DNA from: Candidatus Saccharimonadales bacterium
GTDB lineage: Bacteria > Patescibacteriota > Saccharimonadia > Saccharimonadales > JACQNP01
Assembly (NCBI GenBank): GCA_041742395.1
Contig: JBGSIS010000010.1
Span: forward strand, 724 to 64,723
Direction of reading: 5' to 3'
Length of the DNA: 64,000 nucleotides
A program made the translations under genes and the position numbers. Positions 27,553-35,028 of the stretch are shown piece by piece. The notes under the pieces are model-generated. The model did no database searches, had not been told where the DNA came from, and saw only the letters and a program-made list of their open reading frames with translations. Within the stretch, counting starts at the first letter, position 1, and each line of letters begins with the position of its first letter.

Positions 27553-28719
27553 ATGAAAGATTTAAAACATAATGGACTTCTTAAAGTAGACGATGAACAA
27601 AGACGAGCTTTAGCTATTGCTACATTAGTAGCCTTGATAGCTGGCTTCTTTTTCTTAAGACAGTATTTTATGTTAGTAGCAATAGCATGTATATTCGCCT
27701 TTTTATTTTACCCTGTATATAAATGGTTGTTAAATAAAGGCATTAAAGAAGGCTCGGCAAGTGTACTGACTTTTTTACTGACTTTAATGGCGATTATTTT
27801 ACCGTTGGCGATAGTTATTATTCTAACTATAGGGCAGATTAAAATATTAGTTGAAAATGCTCAATCATTGAGTGCTCCAGACGTAAATTACTCAGAATTT
27901 TTAAATAATTTAATTGATAAGTTTAATACCTGGATGGTTAATTTGGGTCTTGATATTAATATAACTACTGCAGATATTTCTAGCTGGGTATCAAGTACGG
28001 TTGCAGATATCGGTAATTCGCTACTTAACTCAATATCCGGTTCTGTAACTGGCATATTTGCTCTCATAACTACAGCGATTATCTATATTTATGTTTTTCT
28101 TTCTATCCTGAAGAATCAAAAGTTTATTATAAACACAGTCGGAAACCTTAATCCGCTGGGTGAAGGAATTACCAAGATTTACATACAAAAAATGGCATCG
28201 ATGACCAAAGCTATGGTAAGAGGTCAGTTTATTATTGCGATTTGCCAAGGTTTTTGGAGTGCATTCATATTGTCTCTAGTTGGTTTTAATAATCTGTTCT
28301 TTTTCTTCTTTGTTATATTAACTATATTCTCATTTGTTCCTTTGGGCGCTGGTATTATTACCATCCCAATGGGAGTCATAATGATCTTGTTTGGTAACGT
28401 TTGGCAAGGTGTAGTAGTAATACTTAATCACCTTCTAATTGTTACTAACATTGATAATGTTTTGAGACCCCACTTAGTACCTAAAGATGCAAGATTAGAT
28501 CCAGCCTTAACTATGCTAGCAGTTTTTGGTGGTATGGCTGTATTTGGTTTCCCGGGAATAGTTCTAGGCCCAGTACTGATGATAGTTATCGTAACTACTA
28601 TTCAGATGTTTTTGGAGGTATTCAAAAACATTGATTCTCTAGATACTTCAACTACTGAAAAGAAATCTTTGAAAAGTTATTTATCTAAGTTAAGATCTCC
28701 AGTAAAAACTAAGAATTAA
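27553..28719 (+). CDS. AI-2E family transporter (PerM/UPF0118)
   Basis: 388 aa, about 8 TM. Family-typical layout including NIDNVLRPHLV. Confidence 0.8.
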   Translation: MKDLKHNGLLKVDDEQRRALAIATLVALIAGFFFLRQYFMLVAIACIFAFLFYPVYKWLLNKGIKEGSASVLTFLLTLMAIILPLAIVIILTIGQIKILVENAQSLSAPDVNYSEFLNNLIDKFNTWMVNLGLDINITTADISSWVSSTVADIGNSLLNSISGSVTGIFALITTAIIYIYVFLSILKNQKFIINTVGNLNPLGEGITKIYIQKMASMTKAMVRGQFIIAICQGFWSAFILSLVGFNNLFFFFFVILTIFSFVPLGAGIITIPMGVIMILFGNVWQGVVVILNHLLIVTNIDNVLRPHLVPKDARLDPALTMLAVFGGMAVFGFPGIVLGPVLMIVIVTTIQMFLEVFKNIDSLDTSTTEKKSLKSYLSKLRSPVKTKN

Positions 28720-29981
28720 TCTTTTTTAATCGACAGTAGCCAGAAGCTAATTAAGCTAAATAGTACTAATACTACAATTGCAAATGTGGCATTCTTCAGT
28801 AGTCCGAATATAATCAGTATTGCGTATGTTATTCCAAGTAACCCAACATAACTAGTAGCGTTATTCTCTAGATTGGTTAAGAATTTATTATTCTTGTTTG
28901 ATGTTAAGTTGGCAACTTTTTTACGTATAAATGTAGCAAATTTATTTGGTCCTGACATAACAGCAGTTATGAATATTATAAGTGATATTAAGACCAATAT
29001 TCGGTTATAGGTAATTAAATCTTTTGTCAGTATATCGAATACAGCCGTTGCAGCAGATGATGACGACGATTGAAGCGAATTACTGGCCTGTTGCACTAAG
29101 GGAACCCTTACAAAGTAGATTACTTGAACGTTAAGCACCATAAGTACTATTGTTAATGCGGACAGCGCCATTATTGTCTTTCTTTTATCTCGTGCTAAGG
29201 CAATTGCTGCTCCGCCAGATACGACAGCTAAAACGAATAATACTATAGCTCCCTTGTTTAAAACATTGAATGCATATAAGACGCTCTGCATCGAATTAAT
29301 TTCAGTTACAGTAATAGTTTTCTTAACATTATCTAAATTAACTGCACCTACAAAATTAAGCCCTGAAGCGGCAAGGTCATCTTGGACTCTATTGACGATA
29401 GGATTCAAATTTAGTAGAACTTTTTCGTCTTCAATGTACATTACAAAGTTAGTGTTTTCAGGCTTTTTACCGCCGTTTTCAATACTGGTTATAATTCCTT
29501 CGTGGGCGCTGTAGTTAATATCATACCAATAGCTTTGGAATTTCTCTGAGGCAATAACTTGTACTACCTTTTCATTAGTATATGAACGAAGGCTTTGTGT
29601 TAGTGGCACTGAAAGTGCTGATGCACGGGGAGGAACAAACTCTTTAATTGCATTTTCTGCATCTGTGGCAGCAAAAATTTCATTGGTAATCTGATCAGCT
29701 AGTTCTTTCTGAAAATCTTTATCTTGGAGTATTGCCGAAGTCTTTGCTGTCCAAGTATCAGTATCTATGACATTTCTTTTTAACCAACCAGCAGCAATAG
29801 ATAAATTAAGTGTAACTGCGCAGATAATTACTAGTAACCAAACAGAAATACTTTTAATTATTTTCATAAATCCGCCCCCCTTGGTGCTTTGCTTTTTTAG
29901 TAACGCCACTTCATCTTCTAGGCTTGATAGTTTATTTTGCAATTCTTTTTTACTTAAATCATCATAGTTTGACTTAGTCAT
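28716..29981 (-). CDS. Hypothetical membrane protein
   Basis: 421 aa. Coiled-coil N-terminus, one TM, about 200-aa external domain, then 4-5 C-terminal TM helices. No motif recognised. Confidence 0.5.
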   Translation of the reverse strand: MTKSNYDDLSKKELQNKLSSLEDEVALLKKQSTKGGGFMKIIKSISVWLLVIICAVTLNLSIAAGWLKRNVIDTDTWTAKTSAILQDKDFQKELADQITNEIFAATDAENAIKEFVPPRASALSVPLTQSLRSYTNEKVVQVIASEKFQSYWYDINYSAHEGIITSIENGGKKPENTNFVMYIEDEKVLLNLNPIVNRVQDDLAASGLNFVGAVNLDNVKKTITVTEINSMQSVLYAFNVLNKGAIVLFVLAVVSGGAAIALARDKRKTIMALSALTIVLMVLNVQVIYFVRVPLVQQASNSLQSSSSSAATAVFDILTKDLITYNRILVLISLIIFITAVMSGPNKFATFIRKKVANLTSNKNNKFLTNLENNATSYVGLLGITYAILIIFGLLKNATFAIVVLVLFSLISFWLLSIKKD

Positions 29982-30031
29982 AGCGAACTCCTTATTAACA
30001 TTACAATACCATATAAACTGATAAGTATCAA

Positions 30032-30511
30032 TTATTTGATTTTTACTTTACCAATTGAGTAGAACTTAACTAGCGACCATAAAACAATAGCCGATATGGT
30101 TAAGCTACCTATTATGTTTGTAGTACTGTCTTTTTTTAAATTATTAAAAATACTAACATTGTTTGATTCTTCAGGCTTATCTTTGGGCGATTGGTAAAAG
30201 TTATTATAATTATCGCTTACAGGAATATATGTCGTACTTTCCTGGTTATTGTTTAGTTCAGCCTGATTAATTGTTTCTGTAATTGTGTTTGAATTTATCG
30301 TGCTTGGGTTGACTATATCTATTGGCTCTTTTTGGCAGTCTTCTGGTGATATGAATAATTGTGATCCATTTCCAGCATTAACTGCTTCCAAATAGCACTC
30401 TAGGGTCACAATTGACTGTCTAAGATTAACACTTTCAGCATATATGGGCATAAAACTTAATAGGCTAATTAGTGTCGATAAAAACAATATTATTGGTAAT
30501 CTTTGCTTCAC
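30032..30511 (-). CDS. Small secreted protein with C-terminal TM anchor (CscD-position gene of the WxL-like cluster)
   Basis: 159 aa. Signal peptide, N/S/T-rich body, C-terminal IIGSLTISAIVLWSLVKFYSIGKVKIK. No LPXTG seen. Confidence 0.5.
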   Translation of the reverse strand: MKQRLPIILFLSTLISLLSFMPIYAESVNLRQSIVTLECYLEAVNAGNGSQLFISPEDCQKEPIDIVNPSTINSNTITETINQAELNNNQESTTYIPVSDNYNNFYQSPKDKPEESNNVSIFNNLKKDSTTNIIGSLTISAIVLWSLVKFYSIGKVKIK

Positions 30512-32994
30512 TAGTTTGCAACTATAGTTATCGTTAGATTAATATCGTAGCTACCTATAGGTTGTTCTTCAGGAATATACTGCGAAAGATTAATACCGGT
30601 AATATCAAAAATACAGTCGGGGTCTGCGGATGAGTTAGCCGAAGCTAAAGTAAGTGAATCTAAGGTGCCTTGATTAAACGCAGAACTTGCTCCCAGATTT
30701 ACGTTTGAAGTACTGCAACCTGTTTCTGGCGTATTTGTACCTGTTGCTGGATCGATTGTTAGCTGACCAGCCTCGACGTCAATATCTGGTCCATCACTAC
30801 AGCCATTGGGAGTACCGGTCACGTCATTAAAATCGTATTGTTCAGTATCTCCAACATTGCGCCAAAGATCAGTGATTCCAGAAGTTGCAGCAATACTTGC
30901 AGACCAACCAGGAGTTGTAGTTAAGTTACTAATTCTTATTTTTTGGGTCGCTGTTCCTAAACTACCACTGATACTGCTGCAGTTAAAATTATATCCAAAG
31001 TTAGACATAGAATAATTTGGAGCTGCAACAGATGTATCATTATTGTCTACTATATCTAGTGTTAGATTTCCATGATCTGAATCATTCCAGCTGGCATAGT
31101 AGTAAGTACCGCCAGAAGCATTTGTTTCGGTTTGATTACCACCAACCCTAAATCCATTTTTTACAAAGCCTGTAATTCTATCAGCTACATTAGCGGTGGC
31201 AACTAAATACTGGGTACTATTTCCAGATAAACTAACTGGACGATTAACGGCATTAACTCCAGTCGATCTTTTTACCCAGACGTTTTCAGAACGGTGTCCA
31301 GCTGTAGTTATGCTTTGGGCTGCGCCGGTTCCGCTGTAGCTGCCAGCGGTGAAATTAGCGCCGTTCTTAAAGGCAAACCAGTGAGATAAAACTGTATTGG
31401 AATTTGACTGGGCATTGGCCCCTACTTGAAATCCATCGGAGTTTAGGGCTTGTATAACATTTGCCGCATTGGCTGTTGCGCCAAAGTAGGCTGTGCTATT
31501 TCCGGCTAGCGAAGATGGCTTCCAGACTCCAACCTGTGTGGTATTTGTTTTTATTGTTACCATATCTGGTTGCCATGGTAGCCTAGTTATATTGCGAATA
31601 AGTTGATTCCCGTAAAAAGAACCAACGGCAAAATCTGATGAACCGCTGTTATCGTAAGGGTCGAAAGCGTTTCCAAAAGCTTGCCACTGATAAGTTACAC
31701 CAACAGAATTTGTTTGAGCTGCCGTATTGACAGTAAAGCCATCGGCATTTAAAGATGTAATACCGTTAGCAAAATTAGCAACATTATTTGAAAAATATGC
31801 AGTGCTATTACCTTGCATTGTTTTGGTTCTGAAGACACCGAGCTGAGCGGTATTTGCTTTAACAATTACCAGATCTGGTCTAAAACCTAGACCTGTTATT
31901 GGATTACTAGCTCCAGTTCCAGTATATGACCCAGTTTTCATATCGAAAGTTCCACTTGAAGAATTACTAGGTGCACCACCAAGTGCAAACCAATATATTG
32001 TAGCTGTATTGCCATTACTGGAAGCATTATTTCCAACCTGGAATCCGTTGGCTTGAAGAGCTTGTATTCCATTTGTGGTATTAGCAACTAAATCGCCAAC
32101 AAAACTTGAGCTGTCTCCAAAAGAGTCAGTAAAATTCATGAGTGGTCTCCTGTCATTTGCGGTTGCACTGGTGGCGTTTTTGGTAAGAGCAAAGTTTGGA
32201 GTAAAAGAAGCACCAAAGCCAGTAATGTTCCTATTATCGACAGCATTTCCAGTATAAGTGCCTTGGCCAAATAATCCAGCCGTATCTTTAAACGCAACGT
32301 AGTAATACGTCCCAAGGTTAACGTTATCTGTTGCGCCGACTGTAAAGAAAGTTGCGCCAAAATTGCTTATGTATGTTCCTGTAGTATTCCTTGCTGTATT
32401 GTTTAAGAATAGAGTTTCATTAGCTGGTTCTGAAGAAACACGAAAATGACCTGCAACGTTAGTAGAACGCTTAACTATGGTCATATTTGGTTGAAATCCA
32501 GTGGTGATATTTCTTGGCGAAACCCCATTACCGGTATAGCTACCAACACAAAAATTTCCGGTAGCACTACAATCTGAGCCGTCAACCGCTATCCAGTTAT
32601 ATAAAACATTCGCACTATTCACATTAGCAAGAGTACCTAACGTAAAGCCATCAATATCCAGAGTAATTTGAGTAGTAGTGTTGTTAGCCGTGTTAGATGT
32701 ATAGGCTGTGGTATTTGCCGGCATGGCTGAAGTCTTAAAGACTGCAACTCCAGCTGTAGTCGTTGATTTTATTAGAACAAAATCTGGCTGAAAACCGAGG
32801 CCTGTGATTGCATGCCCGGTTACACCGGAACCTACATAATATCCTGATTGCATTGTAAAATTAGCGGCGTCTGCTTGCTGGAAATAATATGTAAATAAGC
32901 TCATAGCAATTACTACTGAATAAAACAGTAAGGCGACTTTGCTTAATCTATTGACTTTTTTAGTTCCTAAAAAGAAAATCTGCTTATTAAGCAT
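30511..32994 (-). CDS. Large secreted protein: six ~95-aa repeats plus C-terminal WxL-like domain
   Basis: 827 aa. Repeat signature G(S/T)YTG(N/T)G...ITG(L)GF(Q/R)PD.V.IK...N(S/T)TAYF...DGF(Q/T)V...Y.W.AF occurs six times. The last ~180 aa align by eye with the 228-aa protein at 34289-34975 (GWSASIAATSGITDLW..YDFND..GQLTIDP..SYDINLTITIVAN). Confidence 0.6.
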   Translation of the reverse strand: MLNKQIFFLGTKKVNRLSKVALLFYSVVIAMSLFTYYFQQADAANFTMQSGYYVGSGVTGHAITGLGFQPDFVLIKSTTTAGVAVFKTSAMPANTTAYTSNTANNTTTQITLDIDGFTLGTLANVNSANVLYNWIAVDGSDCSATGNFCVGSYTGNGVSPRNITTGFQPNMTIVKRSTNVAGHFRVSSEPANETLFLNNTARNTTGTYISNFGATFFTVGATDNVNLGTYYYVAFKDTAGLFGQGTYTGNAVDNRNITGFGASFTPNFALTKNATSATANDRRPLMNFTDSFGDSSSFVGDLVANTTNGIQALQANGFQVGNNASSNGNTATIYWFALGGAPSNSSSGTFDMKTGSYTGTGASNPITGLGFRPDLVIVKANTAQLGVFRTKTMQGNSTAYFSNNVANFANGITSLNADGFTVNTAAQTNSVGVTYQWQAFGNAFDPYDNSGSSDFAVGSFYGNQLIRNITRLPWQPDMVTIKTNTTQVGVWKPSSLAGNSTAYFGATANAANVIQALNSDGFQVGANAQSNSNTVLSHWFAFKNGANFTAGSYSGTGAAQSITTAGHRSENVWVKRSTGVNAVNRPVSLSGNSTQYLVATANVADRITGFVKNGFRVGGNQTETNASGGTYYYASWNDSDHGNLTLDIVDNNDTSVAAPNYSMSNFGYNFNCSSISGSLGTATQKIRISNLTTTPGWSASIAATSGITDLWRNVGDTEQYDFNDVTGTPNGCSDGPDIDVEAGQLTIDPATGTNTPETGCSTSNVNLGASSAFNQGTLDSLTLASANSSADPDCIFDITGINLSQYIPEEQPIGSYDINLTITIVAN

Positions 32995-33005
32995 TAAAGC
33001 CCACC

Positions 33006-34286
33006 TTATTGTTTATCTTTTTCTTCTTTACTGCTTTCTTTAGTGACTGTTGATTTCTTCTTAGTTTTTTTTGAGTCACTTTTTTTTGCTTTGGGCTTTT
33101 TGTCAGATTTTGGGCTTACTTTTTTCTTAGTTTTCTTAACTACTTTGGGAATATAGTTTGAACCAGGCACAACATTGATTACCTCTAAACCTTCTAGAAT
33201 ATATGGTGCCTTTAGTTTATTTATCTTGGCAATGGTTTTCCAATCAGCTTCATATTCTTTGGAAATTGATGTAATAGAATCTTTCTTTTTTACTTTATGT
33301 TCAATAATCTTGCCTTTGATTTCTTTATCGTACTTTCGCTTTGAAATAATTTTATATGAAATAAATACCAGTATGGCCAGCAGAAGTATATAAATAACTA
33401 TCATAAGTGGATTAGGTGCTACAAAAATTAATTTAGATTTACTGACCGTTTTAGAAGAATTTCCTTTTTCACCTAAAGAAGTTGTCGGATCGTCGCTATA
33501 TGAAGCACTAGAACTTATTAAGTAGGCTCCCCCGATAAAAGGTTTCTTAAGTTCAAAGTTAAACTCAGAAGTTTGACCGGCCAGTATCGGGAATTCGCCG
33601 CCAGTTGAGTTTACGGTTGTACCAAACAATGTCTTTAATTTTGTTTGTAAATTAGTGTCTAAAGATACATTACCAGAGTTCCTGAGCTTTTCATTTATTA
33701 GTAAAAGGTCACCCTTATTCTTTACGCTAAGTGATTCGAAGGTTAAGCCTTTAGTAAACTCACCAGGAACTGTTATTGCAACTCTAATAGCTGATCTAAA
33801 ACTTAGAGTGACACCACTTACCTGGCTCTGCTGAGGTGGTTCAACGGCTTGAATTGCAATACAAGCATTATGCTCACCTGGTGAAGCATCATTTGGAACT
33901 TCAATTTTAAATCCAATAGTTTCGGACTGATTACTACTTAATTCCAGTTTTTCTTTTTTAAGTTTAATCCAGGAGCCTTCATTGTCTAAGTTATCGGCTT
34001 TTTGTTCGCAAGCAAATGCCCCGCCACTAGATATTTGAGCATCTGTGGGATAAAGTAGAATATTTCTTGCACTGTCCGAGGAGTTAGAGACAATAATGGC
34101 ATCCTCGACACTTTTTCCAGGACTAATTTCATGTACAAAAATTGATTGAGTTCGGGGATTGTCGTCTCGTGGATTAGCTGGTTTAGCTCCAACCCCACTA
34201 CTCTCAGTTGCGTAGGCGCTCGACACAAAGCCAAATAGAATAAATAGCCCCACCGCCAAATTGGTAATTTTGGCGATTTTGAACAT
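33006..34286 (-). CDS. DUF916/DUF3324-like (CscA-like) surface protein with TM anchor, LysM-like segment and Lys-rich tail
   Basis: 426 aa. Signal peptide. KPANPRDDNPRTQSIFVHEISPGKSVEDAIIVSNSS matches the DUF916 pattern. TM at aa 292-313. HKVKKKDSITSISKEYEADWKTIAKINKLKAPYILEGLEVINVVP (aa 329-374) is LysM-like. The tail is K-rich. Confidence 0.6.
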   Translation of the reverse strand: MFKIAKITNLAVGLFILFGFVSSAYATESSGVGAKPANPRDDNPRTQSIFVHEISPGKSVEDAIIVSNSSDSARNILLYPTDAQISSGGAFACEQKADNLDNEGSWIKLKKEKLELSSNQSETIGFKIEVPNDASPGEHNACIAIQAVEPPQQSQVSGVTLSFRSAIRVAITVPGEFTKGLTFESLSVKNKGDLLLINEKLRNSGNVSLDTNLQTKLKTLFGTTVNSTGGEFPILAGQTSEFNFELKKPFIGGAYLISSSASYSDDPTTSLGEKGNSSKTVSKSKLIFVAPNPLMIVIYILLLAILVFISYKIISKRKYDKEIKGKIIEHKVKKKDSITSISKEYEADWKTIAKINKLKAPYILEGLEVINVVPGSNYIPKVVKKTKKKVSPKSDKKPKAKKSDSKKTKKKSTVTKESSKEEKDKQ

Positions 34287-34288
34287 AT

Positions 34289-34975
34289 TTAGCTAGCTGT
34301 TACCGTTACCGTGAAGTTAATGTCATATGAATCAACAGATTGTTCGGCAGGAATTGATTGAGAAAGTCCGATATCTGTAAGATAACCTCTCCACACATCG
34401 TCTGAACCGGATCCAGCGTTTAATAAGGTAACGCTGTCGGTAGTTCCCTGATTAAAGGCAGTTGATGTACCTTTAGTTACGCTTGTTGCAGTACAAGAAA
34501 CACAGTCAGTTGTAAGAGTACTTACACTAGGATCAATAGTTAGTTGACCACCTCTGGTGTCAGCATCTCCACCATCAGTACAACCCGAACCACCTGGATC
34601 ATTGAAATCATAAGTTTGTGTTGCTCCGGCGTTTTCCCATACTGAAGTAATCCCAGATGTAGCCGCAACAGCAAGAGTCCATCCGTTATCTGCTCCGTCA
34701 GGATTTATAACGTACATCCTTTGGGAGGCACTTGCTAGTAATCCTGTAGATGCGCTACCACCTGACTGACAGTTAAATGAAAATGTCTTTGATCCTAGAG
34801 CGAATGTTGGTGAACCGACAGGCACCCTAGATCCGTCAAGTATGTCAGTTGAAATTGTTCCAGCTGTTATTGACTGTGTTAAGTCTGGAGTACTGGCAGC
34901 TGAAGCTACTCCGCTGAAACTAAGTAATACTAATAGCATACTTATAAATGCTAAGTTAATCCTTTTTATGTTCAT
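34289..34975 (-). CDS. Small secreted WxL-like domain protein (CscB-like)
   Basis: 228 aa. Signal peptide ending GVASAAS. DNGWTLAVAATSG (first WxL-type motif). C-terminal SYDINFTVTVTAS sits at the position of the second motif. Homologous to the C-terminus of the 827-aa protein. Confidence 0.6.
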   Translation of the reverse strand: MNIKRINLAFISMLLVLLSFSGVASAASTPDLTQSITAGTISTDILDGSRVPVGSPTFALGSKTFSFNCQSGGSASTGLLASASQRMYVINPDGADNGWTLAVAATSGITSVWENAGATQTYDFNDPGGSGCTDGGDADTRGGQLTIDPSVSTLTTDCVSCTATSVTKGTSTAFNQGTTDSVTLLNAGSGSDDVWRGYLTDIGLSQSIPAEQSVDSYDINFTVTVTAS

Positions 34976-35028
34976 TAAAAACCCCTCTTATGTCTATAAT
35001 TTTCGCAAATCATAAGCAAAATGTCAAA

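Noticed and set aside
29875-29880. C6 (G6 on the coding strand) tract near the 5' end of the 421-aa membrane protein, and G6 at 43919-43924, as further phase-variable sites.
   Set aside because: Six-nucleotide tracts are short for efficient slippage. The second simply encodes the GxSxGG nucleophile elbow. Neither is comparable to the paired C8/G7 tracts at 2147-2167.
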